This document shows positions 43,012 through 60,105 of a DNA stretch of 64,000 nt, piece after piece. The translations under genes were made by a program, and so were the position numbers. Every line of letters begins with the position of its first letter. Position 1 is the stretch's first letter. Origin of the DNA: the human T2T-CHM13v2.0 reference genome, Homo sapiens; the NCBI RefSeq assembly GCF_009914755.1, contig NC_060928.1, one strand, 5' to 3'. A model generated the notes under the pieces. That model saw only the letters and a list, made by a program, of their open reading frames with translations. It did no database searches and had not been told where the DNA came from.

Positions 43012-43306
43012 TGGCCAGGTGTGGTGGCTCACCCCTGTAATCCCAGCACTTTGGGATGCTGAGGCACGTGGATCACCTGAGGTCAGGAGTTCGAGACCAG
43101 CCTGACCAATGTGGTGAAACCCCATCTCTACTAAAAATACAAAAATTAGCTGGGCGAGGTGGCGTGAGCCTGTAGTCCCAGCTACTGGGGAGGCTGAGAC
43201 AGGAGAACTGCTTGAACCTGGGAGATGCAGTGAGTCAAGATTGCACCACTGCACTCCAGCCTGGATGACAGAGTGAGGCTCCATTTCAAAAAAAAAAAAA
43301 AAAAAA
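43012..43306 (+). mobile_element. Alu (S-type)
   Basis: TSD aagaatcctattcct. Confidence 0.95.
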
Positions 43307-43319
43307 GAATCCTATTCCT

Positions 43320-43770
43320 TATCAGGGCACACTTCATGACCCACCTCTCCAGCCTCATCTGTTGAGGGCCACCATGCCAGCCCCCATGCTACCTCTGATC
43401 CTACCAGACTATTTGTATTTGGCTGAATGTGTCTTGCTCTTCCCTGTCTGTTTTCTCTGCCTCCAGTCCCCCTACCTTCTTTACCTGGCTAACTCCTTCT
43501 ACTCATCCTTGAACTCTGAGCTCTAGTATCACACCCAGGAAGCCCTTCCTGCCATCACCGTGGCTGGTCACTTCCTCTCTGAATATCCAAAGCACCTTCT
43601 GCCTTTCCTCCACTAGCCTTCTCATTGCATGTGTCACAACCGCATGCCCATCAGTTTCTCTCCCCCTGGCTGAGGGTCCCTTGCCAGCCTTTGTCTTTGT
43701 ATTCACTCGCCTCTTGCAGTGCCTATCATACAGTTAGGACCTAATGACTTAGTGATAGACAAATGATGGA
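43320..43770 (+). mobile_element. L2 3' fragment
   Basis: cctggctaactcc...ccaggaagcccttcctg...gtgcctatcatacagttaggacctaat. Confidence 0.6.
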
Positions 43771-45639
43771 AAATAGGTCTGTGATTAGCTGCTTCCTGCA
43801 ACCTTGTTATATTCCTACCTGACCCTCCACAGGTCAACTCAGGACAACTTTTAAAATTTGATTTGGGAGAGAGGCGTCTGCATTTCCTGAGGCTCCTGTC
43901 TAAATCACAGTTCTGGCCATCCAGGGAAGGAAGGTATGCCTTCCTACTCAGCAGATGTGGCCTGAGTATACGTTGCTGTGTAAAGGAAGAAAACCAAGGA
44001 GTCACGGTAGAATCTGAATATATCTTTTAACTTTTTTTTGTTAATATTTTAAGATATGGCTACTACAGCTGATTGTTATCGATCTGTGTGTGCAGAGGTG
44101 GCCAGAAAGACTGATGTATGCCCAGCTGTTCATTTGATACCAGACACACACTTTAATCTGGGTCTGAAACCTCGATTTGTATGACCCATTGTGGCCTTTT
44201 AGGGCCAAGCTCTTGACATGAGAGTTACAGCAGGTTTCCTGCCTCCCCTCCAGCCATGTTCGGCTGCAGGAGTATGCTCGGTACGTTATCAAACATTTCT
44301 GGTCCTCTCCTGATGTCCCCGTTTATTTTCCAGCAACAACTGTCTCAGAATTGGCTTTTCCACCTTATCCATGTCATCTGATGACTAGCTTGTCTCTTCT
44401 CCAAATTCCCCCATACTAGTCACATCTTCCTCAAGGCTTTTCCTGGACCAAACTAAAGTTTCCTGAAGATCACCAGCCACTGACAAATACACCAAGTGAT
44501 ATCCCTGTTTCCAAAATATCAATCACACACTCAGAGAACCACTGAGCTGGAAGGGACCTCTGGGCATCGTGGCACCTGAACCTCTCTTGATGAGAATCTA
44601 CAAGACATTTTGTTAGATGTTTGTCCATCCATCCATCTGTGAAAAATCACAGTGATTGGTTGAGAGACTGGTTCTAAAATGAACATCATGTACTTGGGAG
44701 ACAGATGTCCAACAAATCACAGTCACCCAGAAAGAACCTTCTCGCCCATGTGATTTCTCCTCTGATCCCTGATGTTCAAACTGACATTTGAGGGGAAGAC
44801 AGAAATGTGTCCAGATAAAACTCTCCAGCTGGATGGTACAGGGCACAGCAGTTATGACAGAAAGAGAAGAGCCGCAGCAGAAGAGCAGTCTGGTTACTCC
44901 CCCAGGGAAATAACATCCAGAGGGATGGGGGACTCCAATATACTGCCTTGAATATCAACACACTGAAGTATGCAGCAGAAACAGAATGAACCTGCTGGAA
45001 CAGGCTGGTGTCTGTGGGGCTCACGTGGCAGGGAACTCCTGCTTCCTACCCCTCCACATCCACCCTGCCCTTGCCCCAGGTCCCGGCCTGACTCCTCACC
45101 TTGAACCAGCATCTCTCCCTTACAATTTTTCTAGCTGCTATTAGGCTGTAGTCCTGCTCTAGGTGTGGAAGACCAACTCTAGGTTCTGGCCATAAATTGT
45201 TTTAGCACCTAGGCAAATTGCTTTCTAGGTTATTAAAAGAACTGCAGATGTTAGAGGCTGTCTCTAGGATTGTTAGACAGCCTTGTTTTGTGCTTTCTTT
45301 ACCTATTTTGATTTTTCTATAAGAAGTATGCATTATTTTAATATTTTTGGGAAAAGAAAAATGATTTAAGATAAAAATATTTTTTTGCATCTGTGGTTAT
45401 GGAAACACTGTTAATATCGAGAATGAATAAATAATGGAATACTGGAATGAACCATGAAGAGAAGCAAGGCAATAGCCCACTTTCACACAGGGGGTAAAGG
45501 CGAACATGATATTGATTTCTTGCAAAGTTTTAGGACAAAAGATTAAACAGGATTTCTGAAAATATGTAAAACAAAGAGGCCACCTTTCCCATTATTCTGT
45601 ACTGCTGTTAACTGATTATAGTAGGGGAATGCCACATAT

Positions 45640-46902
<1,263 letters not shown>

Positions 46903-47229
46903 CTAGAGGACAGCTTTCTAAAAGTCTTCAGCCAAGTTTGTTTAACAAAAGGGAAAACTTTTCGACAGAATGGACCATGGAACAGGTTGCTTCATTTCCC
47001 ACCACTGCAAGTGATCAAAGAGAGTCTGGGGGGGGCGTTAGGGGAATTGGAGAGGTTTTCACAGTTGTTCCCCTTCTTCCTCCTCCCTGCTCCAACAGCT
47101 ACAGCCTCTACTGCTGGACCTTACTAGGCTTCCTTTCATCCCATTAATGATGATTAGATAGGACACAGAGTCCCCCAGTTCCTAACCTTCTCCACTAGAG
47201 CACAGAAGGCACATTCTCATGCACAGATG

Positions 47230-47720
47230 CATATTCATCCAGCAAGTATTCACTGATGGCCCTCTACAGGTCAGGAAGTGTGCTACTTGACAGGGGCTAA
47301 AAAGATGAACAAAGTATATCCCCAGGGAGCACCTAGGCTAGTGAGAAACAGGCCCCTCAACAGATGCCTGTGAAATGGTGAGGCAAGTGCAGTGATAGAG
47401 ATTAGCACGGGGGACTCTGGAATCACAAAAGAAGCTCAACTAACCCAGCCTGGCTGGGTCAAGGGGAGTCAGGGAGAGTTTTCTCCGGGAGTAGATCCTG
47501 GAAGCTGTGTGGGAATTGGTTAATGTGTTAGAGGAAGAGGGACAACATGAGCAAAGTAATGAAGGTAAAGAACAGCCCTGTGGACAAGCAGTTCTATATT
47601 GCTGGATTGTGAAGCATAGGGCATGAGACAGGAAGAAGTCAGGCTAGAGAGGTTGGATGGACCGAGAGCCCAGGGAGCCCAGTGTGGGTTTCTAGGAGCT
47701 TCTATGCCACATGCAGAAAC
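47230..47720 (-). mobile_element. L2 fragment
   Basis: attcatccagcaagtattcactga...gtgtgcta... resembles the reverse L2 3' end. Confidence 0.55.
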
Positions 47721-50700
47721 TTGCATGGATGAAGGACTCTTGTTCGAGCTGCAGAATCCTAACTAGTCCCTGGCCTCTAGAAAATATTTGTGCAATTGTA
47801 TGTTTCATTACCATGCATGTCCTCTGTTCCATGAGTGCAGGGCCTTGTCCATCTAATTCATCACTATATCCCCCGTGTCTAGCCCAGCGCCTGGGACACA
47901 ATAGGTGACTAAAAAGGAAGAATGGGAACAGAAAGGATGCAGCTTCACAGGGTTTTTGTGAGGCTTCCTAAGGTGCTATATGTAGCATGCTTAGAGCACT
48001 TGGCCCTAGCATGCATGAATAAGGGACAGTGATTGTGATTATCATTCATTTGCATTTCTTTTTCTCCTGTCTTGTTGATTTTTCAAGCCCACTGCTTATA
48101 GTACCTTTGCTTTTGTGGCTGGCCCTGATTAATACATTTTGATGAGTAATAGTGTTTGCCAAATGATAACGGTCCCCAAAGAGGCCCCCAACCTACAGAG
48201 AGTTACAGAAATATTCAGCATCATAAACCAAAAAAGGATATTCAAAGGACAGAATCGAGGAACTGATTTCCTCAATGGGAATACAAAACTTATGTTTGCA
48301 GGCAGGCCTCCTCGAGAAAGTATGCAAGTGTCACATGAGGCTCCATCGCTACACTCATGGCCAAAACTTTAACCCCCGTGAACCCTGGATAAAAGGCAGG
48401 TAGAAATGGTTGAGAATAAACTGTTCTCTGTAGACCTCGTTGACCCTAACAACCATCTGACGGGGCTTTAATCTGGTGGGGTGTGGCCAGGCACAGCCCA
48501 TGGAGGAAAGAAAGCCCCCCTTTCTTTCCTGAGGAGGGCTGGAGAGGGGGTGCGTGTGCATATTTCGTGTCTATGTGCCAAAGTTAGGCTTCCTGACATT
48601 GTTTCCTCTGGCTTCTCTTGGCACAGTGTCTTCCTGGTCTATGAAGGCCTGCAATTGGCTGATCTTGGTTAAAGGGAAACTGACCAGTGGTATTTGGTGG
48701 ATACTGCTTGTCCTAAAGATTCAGGAGGAATAGAACTTTCTCCAGGAACCCAGGGACTTATCCAGGGATGACAATCTAACTTTTTAGGGTCTGATTGAAA
48801 GATCTGCATCCTTGTGGACAAGAACTTAACTCTAGAGAGGAGATTCCTCCTGCCACAGGATTACACCTGGAAAGATTTTAACATTCTTTTCCTTTGTCAA
48901 GTCCCCAAAGGATACATTCCTGATAGGGAATCCTAGAGTTTATTCTCCCTTGAATGACTAAGGCCCTAGGCAAAGCTGAAGAGGAGTCTGGATTCTGTGA
49001 GAATGAACAAGGCAGCTGCTCGGAGTCGGCTGCTGAGGGGGCCATCTGTTTAAGCGACGAGAAGTACGGAGCTAAAGAGGCACACGGTATTCAAACATGT
49101 GAGTTCCCTGCACCAGGGCTTCTGGTCAGTTCTTCAATCAGGAGAGAAAATGATGCTTAGGTGTTAAAGGTTCGGGGGGAGCCGAAATGACTTCAATTGC
49201 CAAAATAAACAGAACTGCTTAATTAATCTAACTAAAAAATCCTGTTCAGCATTGGATTAAAAAAAATCATGTTGATGCTGCCCCTGTTTATTTGGCTGAA
49301 TCCTGGACTGAGAGGGTATATTTAGCCTCAGTGTGCTTGCAGGATTGCATCTTGCAGCTCAACAGGAAATATCTGGAGTCACAGCTAAAGATATCTCTGC
49401 ATGTTCAGAAATTTACGAGCAGCTGTAAAAGTGGAGCTATGGTGGGCAGAGTGCTGGAACAGTCTCCCTTTCAAATGAGAGAGGCCGCTGAATTAAACAC
49501 TTGAATATACCAAGTTCATGGCAGGCAGAGGGCACCTGACATGCTAAAAATAGCCAAAGTGGAAGTGCTTCTGTTGCTAAAATAATACTGAACTGGTATG
49601 CTCCTTTTCTCAACCCACAAGAAATGGGTGAAGGGGTAGAGGGTAGGCTCTGAGATTCCAAAAAGTGTGTCAGAAGCTATGCCAAGTGAAAGTCATTTCC
49701 TCATTTTGCCACTTTTCAAAAATAAATAGCTTTCTTAAGCTGAGCAAACTGAAGTAGCAGTAATCAATATATTATTTTTTAATAACACGAGACAGAAATG
49801 GTAGCAGCAAAAAGACACTGCATACCTGGATCTGTAGTCCTGCTGACAAGCAATCCTGCTGACGAGCAAACCTTTTCCATCATGGGCAAGACTCATTTAT
49901 TTTTAAACATCCTTTTGCTAGACTCCCTTATCAGCAACTCCACGCCCTGCTCACCAATGCCCGGCTGGAAAGGTCCCTACTTACTCCTGTGCACATGCCT
50001 GGCAAGGCTGCTTGCTAAACAGCATGGACAAGGGGACGTCTGTGCCCCTGCATGTTGCCGGGCAGAGGAGGCTACGACCTTTTCCCGAATGGCCATTAGG
50101 TCCAAGAGCCACTGAACTTTCATTCTGTGACCGAGGACATTGTCTCATCTTTCCAAGTCTCACTTGCCCTTTTGCCTGATGTGGGGCTAATAGAGATTAC
50201 CCTGGTGGCCTCCTGAAGTTGCTGTGCAGATCTAGTGAGCTAATGCATGCGAGAGCACTTTGTGACTCCCAAAAGCCTGAAACCTGATGGAGGATGTGGT
50301 TGCTGTTGTTATTGGGCATTCTACTGGAAACGCGGGGAAAGAACAGCAACATCTCCCGGTGATAAGGGAGTGCTGTGCACAGACATTGAGTGTGTTCTCT
50401 TTTGTGGGATGGTGCCATCTTCCACAGGTACAAGCACTGTCCACATCCCACTGAGAGCAGCAGGGGCCACAGGAAGTCCGCTTGCTTTCAATGAGCTTGG
50501 CATGGCTCACTGCCGGCATCGCGGCCACACTCCTGCTTCAGTGACTGCACCTACTCTGGGCAGCTCCCAATGCAGGGCTGGGCCTGGGTTCATGGGGAAG
50601 CAGGGGCTGAGACAGAGGTGAGCCCAGCCTCAGTGTGAATGGTTATGAAGTTATCACCAGTGCCTACCCTGGGACCAGTCCCCCAGGCTGGTCAGTACTC

Positions 50701-51348
50701 CTAGCTGGGAGGAGAGAGATGCCTACCTTATCTTAGGCAGCCCCACTAACAGCTGCCGTTTGGGCTGCCACTGACTGAAGGGATTATTATTTATTTTCTT
50801 TGGTTCTCATCTCCTTCTCATCTGCCTTACATGTTATATCTGGTAAAAAATGATAAGTTCACCATGATGGTCACTGTGGGGCACATGGACAAAAATATGT
50901 ATGCACATTGTCTAAAACTGGAAGGGAATATTAAAAATGAAATTACTTGCTGTTTTAGGATGGTAGAATTAAGAATGCTTTCCTTGCTTCTTTTTTTGCA
51001 CTGTCTAATGTTGTTAAGTAATCTTTAAAATAATTTAAAAAAGGAACTGCAATTAGGGTTTTAACATTTTGTAAAATGACATTGGTTACCCTGATTTTGG
51101 CTTTACTGGGCCTGAAAGTGCAAAGTTAAAGAAATATCACATAGGCTAAAGGATTCCAATGTAATAATCATATTTTCAGCCTCTGAAGTATTTTAAGGGT
51201 GGCCTTCTTCATTTCAAGGTTTTTTTGGAGAATGTAGTAAATGGCAAAGGACATGCAATGTTTAAAAGTTGGAAATCAAATCATAGCTTTTTTATTTGGA
51301 AAATGCTTAGAAGTCTACAATCTTTTCCACCAATGAAGAATGAAGTAT

Positions 51349-51656
51349 TGGCCAGGTGTGGTGGCTCATGCCGGTAATCTCAGCACTTCGGGAGGCTGAG
51401 GCAGGAGGATCACTCCAGGAGTTCGAGACCATCCTGGGCAACATAGCAAGATTTTGTCTGCACTAAAAATAAAAAAAATAAATAAGCCAAGTGTGGTGGT
51501 GCGTGCCTGTAGTCCCAGGTACTAGGTGGCTGAAGTGGGAGGATTGCTTGAGCCCAGGAGATCATGGCTTCAGTGAGCTATGATCATACCACTGCATTCC
51601 AGCCTGGGCAATACAGTGAGACCCTCTCTCAAAATAAATAAATAAATAAATAAAAA
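51349..51656 (+). mobile_element. Alu (J-like) with (AAAT)n tail
   Basis: TSD aagaatgaagt. Confidence 0.93.
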
Positions 51657-51779
51657 GAATGAAGTGTCTATCGAGCACCTATGTGCTGAACATTGGGCAA
51701 GGTGTTGTGTATTTCTTCTTAGTTCCCCCTTTTCCCTGTTTCTCCTCCCACAAAGTGAGTCTCACTGGTTGTTTCGTAA

Positions 51780-52112
<333 letters not shown>

Positions 52113-53334
52113 GTCACGAGTGATTTTTTTAAAGCTCTAGATGCCAAGGTAGTGTCAATGAGGGGAACTGCCAACAATTTCTGGTTCCTTCAATAAACAA
52201 CCAGAAACCATGACAGAATAGGGCTTGGCACCTATGGTAACCGGCCACACCCAGCTGCTTTCTCTGGAGTACAGCAATAGAATGGACAACGGCTCAGATC
52301 TTCTCCTTCTTCTCCCGACAACTCCAAGTCCGCCATTTCCTTCTACCATGATTTAGAAATTATCCCCTCTATTTGATAAAGAGGTAAATTAAGTCAAGGG
52401 AAGGTAAAGGTTCTGGCATCTGGGCACTCGGCACATGAAGAGCAAAACTGAGAAAAGACCAAGGTTTGCCACTGCGCCATCTCCCTGCAGACCAGCTCTG
52501 CAGGCACGGCCATGGGGGCCAGTGAATGTCATGAGACGTTAAGTGCGAGGCTGAGCTAGTTGCCCTCTGTATTTTGGTACCCACACATGAAAAACTGGGG
52601 GTAACAGTATGTGTTCCTTCCCACCTCACAAAAATACCTTATCTACACATAACAAGTATACACGTGACTATTATTGTCCACTTTATTATTATGTCAATGT
52701 GATTACTCTGTAACCCAACTTATATTCCTTTGCCTCCCAAGGAAACAGACAAAATAAAACATGAGCACCACAACAACTTTCCAGCGGGTACAGGTAATTA
52801 ATTCTAACCAAAAAAGTCCACATTGGGTCAGGCCTACCACTCAGCTATTCAGCTTGGCACGGAATCTCTTTTGGTGGCACCAAGGGACATGCTGACGGAT
52901 GTGTTCGTTAGGAAAGCACAGTTGTCTATGTTGATGTCAATCTCAAATTGTGAGGGCCACATACCAAACCACTGAGTTTTTGCTAACATCTCGTCACAGA
53001 TCTATCATCCATGAAATTGGTTTAAGCTGTCTTAAAAGCTATTTATAGTTCTGGTCTTACCACATCTTACATTAATGAAATTCCTTACGCTTATGAAACC
53101 AGCCATGTAAATGAGTGATGCTTCCTTTTTTCTTCTTCTTGAATTTGCCTCTTTCAAACTCCATAATGGTCCTTCCGACTTTGTCTTACTATACCAGGAT
53201 TTGGTGAACATGTGTGTGATATATTACATTAATCACATACCTGGTGATTTTGGAGTCCCATTATAGCTCCTTTCAGTCTTTATGTATTCAGACAGAAGAA
53301 TCCAAACTTTTAAATTTATTCTCACATAGTATTT

Positions 53335-53500
53335 CTTAAATGAAAGGTTATTAACTTTGGTCTGAGGACCCCAAGTTAGCCATAGATTAGCATGAAAGTG
53401 CATGCAAAACTGTGTGTGTGCACACATGCATTTCTCTGGAGTAAAGGGTTAGAGAGAATCTCAAAGGAGTCTATGACTCCAAAAAGGTTAAGAACCACCA
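53335..53500. mobile_element. hAT-Charlie-like MER fragment
   Basis: ctcaaaggagtctatgactccaaaaaggttaagaaccac end motif. Confidence 0.45.
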
Positions 53501-53684
53501 CCTTTGACCACTTGGTTCCTCCTTGAACCTTTTTTAGTTCTGGTTAGTTATTTCTTGAGATGTGATGGCCAGAATGGCATATTATATTCTAGATGAGGTT
53601 ATGTCAAAATTCTGAACAAGTTTATTTTATTTTCTTTGTAATTTTTCACCAGATGATGTCTCCTATTTTGGTGGAATATCTTTG

Positions 53685-53865
53685 TTGGCCACTCATATGT
53701 CTTCTTTTGAAATGTGCCTGTTCATGTCCTTTGCCCACTTTTTAATGAGTTTTGTCTTGATGATTTAAGTTCCTTATAGATTTTGGATATTAGTCCTTTC
53801 ATGGATGCATAAGTTTGTAAATATTTTCTTCCATTCAGTAGGTTGTCTCTTTACTCTGTTGATAG

Positions 53866-53912
<47 letters not shown>

Positions 53913-53980
53913 GCTGTTCTTTAATTAGGTCCTAATTGATAATTTTTGTTTTTGTTGCACTTGCTTTTAAGGACTTAGAA
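53685..53980 (-). mobile_element. L1 ORF2 fragment containing (TG)~22 at 53867-53910
   Basis: atgtcttcttttgaaatgtgcctgttcatgtcctttgcccactttttaatg...gatattagtccttt. Confidence 0.8.
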
Positions 53981-55258
53981 CTTTCTCAAATATATTTTTG
54001 ATAGTCTTATGCCACAAGTTTAAGTTATTTGCTTAAATATCAGGTTCTTGTAAAAAATAACATCTGATAAGTATCTTGATTCTCAGAAACAAGTTGCTTT
54101 ATAATTCCCAAGTCTTAGTATTTACTATTGCTCAGATTAATTTGGCCATATTACAGTATGGGCTCAAGCATAAAGATGTATTATATTTTGGCTTACAGTT
54201 GTAAATACCTCCTTATGAATCAATAGCAATGTAACACCAGATGTTTAAACTGTTCTACTAATGTTCAGGAAATAAAGCAAAACCAATGTGGATTCCTGCT
54301 GCTACTCTTAGTACTACGCTGATGTTGAGAAGGTAGCCTTGGTGGGCCAGGGCAGAGACCAGTCCTGCTGCAGCACCCCATGGTGCTGGCTGATGTATGG
54401 GGTCTGGGTAGACAGAAATCAAGGCCTGAAAGCTATCGTGGCTCTCTTGGACCAACAGGAATGCTGGGCATTCACTCTTCAACATCCTGCTTCCCCTCAG
54501 GTTAATTATATATTTTCCCCCCTTTTCTTTCAGGTGATAACATAGGATGTGACTGTTTAAATTCACCTGGCTTCGGTCAACATTGACAGAAGGTGTACAT
54601 GACTCTACGGGAATGGGGAAATGGCAGCACCAGGGGCTGACTGAGCCCCAGTCCTGACTGTGACTGCTTTGGTAACAACAAGGTGTTTAGGAAGAACAGT
54701 CCCAGTCCTTTTCCAAAGGTCGCCTCCTGGTGTTTACTAAAGGAACTCTGAGTCTCAGCAGAAGCAGAAGTCCTACCATTAGCTTGCAGAACCCTTCAGG
54801 ATGGGAAAGAAGACTTGGGCTTCAGTGACTCAGCCTGGAGCTGGGAACAGGCAGGCAGGGATACAGAGTGGGTGTTCTTCTCCTACAGGAGGAGAGATGC
54901 ATCCCTCATGCCCAGAGAGGCTCTGGGGTCCCCGAATCCAGAGGTAGTAGAAGAAGAGTCAAAACACACTCTCCTGAGAACACATCTCAGGTGCATGGAA
55001 CACAAGACACGCTGCTTTGATTAGGGTGCTCTCTTGTCCATTTTGTTCTATAATCCACAAGAGAAGACCATCTGCACAGCAGTGACATGCTCTAGTTGAC
55101 CATGATGAGCCTTTCCTAGGGAAACTATTTTGAGTGGTATATCTTACAGGAGACTGCAAGGCTCAATAGTACAGTCACCAGGAAAATCTACATGTAAATA
55201 TGACACTTATGAACCGGCAATAAAATATGGTGAGTCTAAAGACCTTCCATGTCAAAGT

Positions 55259-55557
55259 TCTTTTTCTTTTTTTTTTTTGACGGAGTTTCACTTTAGTTGC
55301 CCAGGCTGGAGTGCAGTGGTGTGATCTTGGCTCACCACAACCTCCACCTCTTGGGTTCAAGCCATTCTCCTGCCTCAGCCTTCTGAGTAGCTGCAATTAC
55401 AGGCATGTGCCACCACATCTGGCTAATTTTGTGTTTTTAGTAAAGATGGGGTTTCTCCATGTTGGTCAGGCTGGTCTTGAACTCCTGACCTCAGGTGATC
55501 CACCCGCCTTGGCCTCCCAAAGGGCTTGGATTACAGGCGTGAGCCATCGCGCCCAGC
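55259..55557 (-). mobile_element. Alu (S-type)
   Basis: Full dimer. Confidence 0.95.
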
Positions 55558-55560
55558 CTC

Positions 55561-55910
<350 letters not shown>

Positions 55911-57600
55911 TAGAAATTTTCATTACCTTTGCCTATGAATTAAGTATATAGTATTGGCAAAAAATATTTGGACACTTCTGGCTTAAATGGATGGAAGCTT
56001 TAAGAGTTCAACCGTTGTTCCCATGGACAGGGCAAAGGTAGGGGAAGGAAAACGGAAGTCTCTACTTTAGTTCTTCACTTATACTTTTTCTTTTAAAAAG
56101 ACTATTCTGTTTGTGTCCCTGGCAACAAGCTCCTCCCAGGATCCTAAGGGAGTTGGTGGATAGGGAGGAGGAGATTGGTGGTGGCTGAGCTGAAGCAGGA
56201 CAGAATAGGATACTGATGTCAGAGGGCGAGGCAGGCGCTCAGTTGGAAAGTTGCTCTTTGTTCCTAAAAATAAAAGTCTGACCCTGCTTTTTTGGGATCT
56301 TCCCTGGAATGAAGCCAGCCAACTGCTGATCTCTTTTTAGAATTAGCTCAGTAGCCCTCAGCCCAAAGGTGAACTCCAAAGACCCTCCAGATATTCTGGC
56401 CCCCAATAAAATGTTACACAGTAAAGTAAATGACATCAGAGAAAGTTTCTCTTGAAAGGATAGGATGGCCTGTATATTTGTAAAGCAAAATGTATCCAGC
56501 AGAAAGGATGAGTGGATAGGACTAGGGAGAGGAGGGGGATATTGAAGACAGAGAATACCAGGTTGGGAAGGCTGCCCAGAGGTTGTGAAAGGATTAACAA
56601 CTGGATGTGGCTGTGTGCTTTAGAAAATTCTCTAGGAGGACCAAGTGTGGCAAGGAACCTCAAAGACCCTCCATGAAGGATCCACACCACACCCTCCTTC
56701 TGGAGAGCTCTCTACAGTACTCGGAATCTTACGTTTTATCCATTCATGAAGTCTTTACCCAAAGTTACAGCTACAGTTTATAAAATGGCAGTGATGTATT
56801 ACGCTGCACATCAAACGAGAAGCCCTTTTCCTTTAAAGAGGTTGTATTTTGGAGAGGGTTTTGGGCAGCCATTGTATAGACTGTACACTGTTCTGGGTCC
56901 AAGAACCAAAGCCATGTCTTAGAACTTTCCTAAGACTGAGCCTCATGTTATGGGCTGATCATCCTGTATATCTAAGGACCCTTTTTGCAGTGTCATTCCT
57001 AACTATTCCAGTGACCAGCCACCTTAAATGACTCAATGCATAAATAAAACATCAGGTAGTGAAGAAGTTCTTTCCTTCCCTGGAAGCGGGATAAGATTCT
57101 GTGGCCATGCACACAAAAGCTCCTATACTTTTCTCTCATTAGCAAATGCTGGGAAGAAATTCATTCAAACTTCAATCATTATTTTTTATGTAAGTATCTG
57201 GGACTACAGGATGTAAAATAAAGGGCAGAGTTCACTAGTTTATACACTGCTCCTCTAGAGTTTAGCTGGCGGAAATAATTTTCTGGTTGAGAAAACGGAA
57301 GATTGTAAAAGATTTCTCAGGAAACCCTTAGCTTATTTAACTGCAAATTCCCCAGCCTAGGACAGAGTTTCTTAATTAGGTAATCCAGAGGGACCACCTG
57401 TACCAGAATCAGCTACAGGTGCTTTGAAGATGTAGCTTTCGGGGGCCCATCCCAGATTTGGATCTCTGGGATGGGGCCCGAGTATCTTCAATTGGAACAA
57501 GCTCACCCGGTGATACACTGAAGTTTGGGAATCATTGCTATGTCTTGAAAGAAACATCCCACACCAGGTCACCTCTACTTAAAGTAAAAAAAAAAAAAAG

Positions 57601-57910
<310 letters not shown>

Positions 57911-57956
57911 GGTAAAAGGACCTACACTTCTTCAGGTGTAGCTCTTGCTTTCCTAG

Positions 57957-58285
<329 letters not shown>

Positions 58286-58454
58286 AAAGTTATCTTAACA
58301 TTATTGGCCCTCCATTAACTTGTATTATAGCAAGCATCAAGAGGACGAACTTCCCAAATGTAAAATGAGTCAGTCAATGTTCTGTCACTGGAGGTCTTCA
58401 AGCAGAGGCTGGAAAGCCACTTCTTAGGAATACCATAGGAAAGAATAAAGTATT

Positions 58455-58575
58455 GCTCACGCCTGTAATCCCAGCACTTTGGGAGGCCGAGGAGGGCAGA
58501 TCACGAAGTCAGGAGTTCGAGACCAGCCTGGCCAAGATGGTGAAACCCCATCTCTACTTAAAAAAAAAAAAAAAG
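58455..58575 (+). mobile_element. Alu left monomer only, with TSD
   Basis: aaagaataaagtat on both sides; ends in an A-run at the linker position. Confidence 0.88.
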
Positions 58576-59899
58576 AATAAAGTATCAGTAGAGGGCCCTA
58601 ACCCTAAAATAATGTATCACATTTCCTCTAGCTCTATGATCATAGGATAATATTATAAGAAAATCAGCTTTAATATATCAAGTATTACATTTTAAAAAGT
58701 CTAAGCATATGCCCAGATTTTTTTGGTAGTTTTAAAAAGAAGCATGAAAGCCAATCTGTAAAACTGAAGTCCAGAAGCTGAGGATAGAACTATCAACAGG
58801 CTTCAGGAGTCTTAGCCTTAATTCCAGCTCTGAAACGTATTGGCTCACCATACGCTCATGAAGACAAACAGAAAAAAGGCAGAAGAGTTCATCATCTTCA
58901 CATTGCCCTACCCAGTCCCAAGCATCCTGTTATCTAATGGCACTGTGATGACTGCTAAGCCTTGTCACTCTTCGGAGTGGTGTTCATCAGATCAGAGACT
59001 TAAATCTCTCGCAATGCTTCAGGTTCTTCAACTGCAAAAGGGTATCACTAAATGCCCAGGGAAATACAATTTTCAAGAGGATAAATGCTTGACTGTGCTG
59101 GTTATTGGCACCTGTTTTCCATTTCCCTAGAGTTTCCTCTTCACTAGTCAAAAGTGTGCGTGTCCACGGATCTTTGCTACTACAGAAAAATAATTCCAAC
59201 CCTAGGTAGTGCTGAGGATGGGGTAGCAGTGAGCACATTACCAAAAGGCTCAGCGTAAATGGGTACAGAAGATGAGCCTGTGCAAAACAAAATAAAAAAG
59301 GAGATTCTGAAGTTCCTCAATCAATTAAACTAACAATTCAGATAAACAGGAGAGTGAATCTGTGGAGTCTGAATTATCTGGCAACCTTTCCATGTATCAT
59401 ATTGACATAAAGATTGCCAAACCGCCCACTCTTCAATTCATGTTGTGTGGACTGTACTTAAACACCTCGATGGCTTTGGAACTCAGATTTGAGACAGGCA
59501 CTTGAAGAAGATGACTGAGAAATGTTCAATTTGATGAAAAATTGCAAACAACCGGACCACTGTGAAACCATATGTATGGGTTGTTTCTAACTGGGTGCTT
59601 TACTTCTGAAACAGTTTTCAAGTTTGGGATCTAAAGCACATGGTCAGGAGTTCAAGCAAGCCATAGCAGGCCATCCTTTGCAGCAGGCCGTGTGAGCTTC
59701 ATCTTTACAAACAAGGACAAGAGATGTGCCTGAGCCACAGAAAAGAGCAGCAGAGCACCAGGACTTGGCTCAGCTCCAAGTCAGAATGCTGAGCTCCAGA
59801 GCTGGGCTTTGGCTGTTCCTCTCACTGCAGGAGCAGAAATAATGGTCAAAATGTTCCTGACCTTGACTGTCTCATCTGAACAAATCCTCCTTGACAACT

Positions 59900-60105
59900 A
59901 CTACACTTGGTAATTGTTTATTTAACTGGGCGATACTCTGTTACTGTCTCCTCCAAGTCTGTAAGCAACATGAGGGCAGGGATGACTTATGTCTATTTTG
60001 TTTACTGCTTTATCTGAAGTGGCCAGCACTGTGGCTGGCACGTAGTAGGAGTTCAATCCATATCTGCCAAAAGGATAAAGGAACAAATGAACCAATGAAT
60101 GAATG
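59900..60105 (+). mobile_element. L2 3' end
   Basis: ctgtaagcaacatgagggcagggat...gctggcacgtagtaggagttcaat...aatgaatgaatgaa. Confidence 0.7.
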
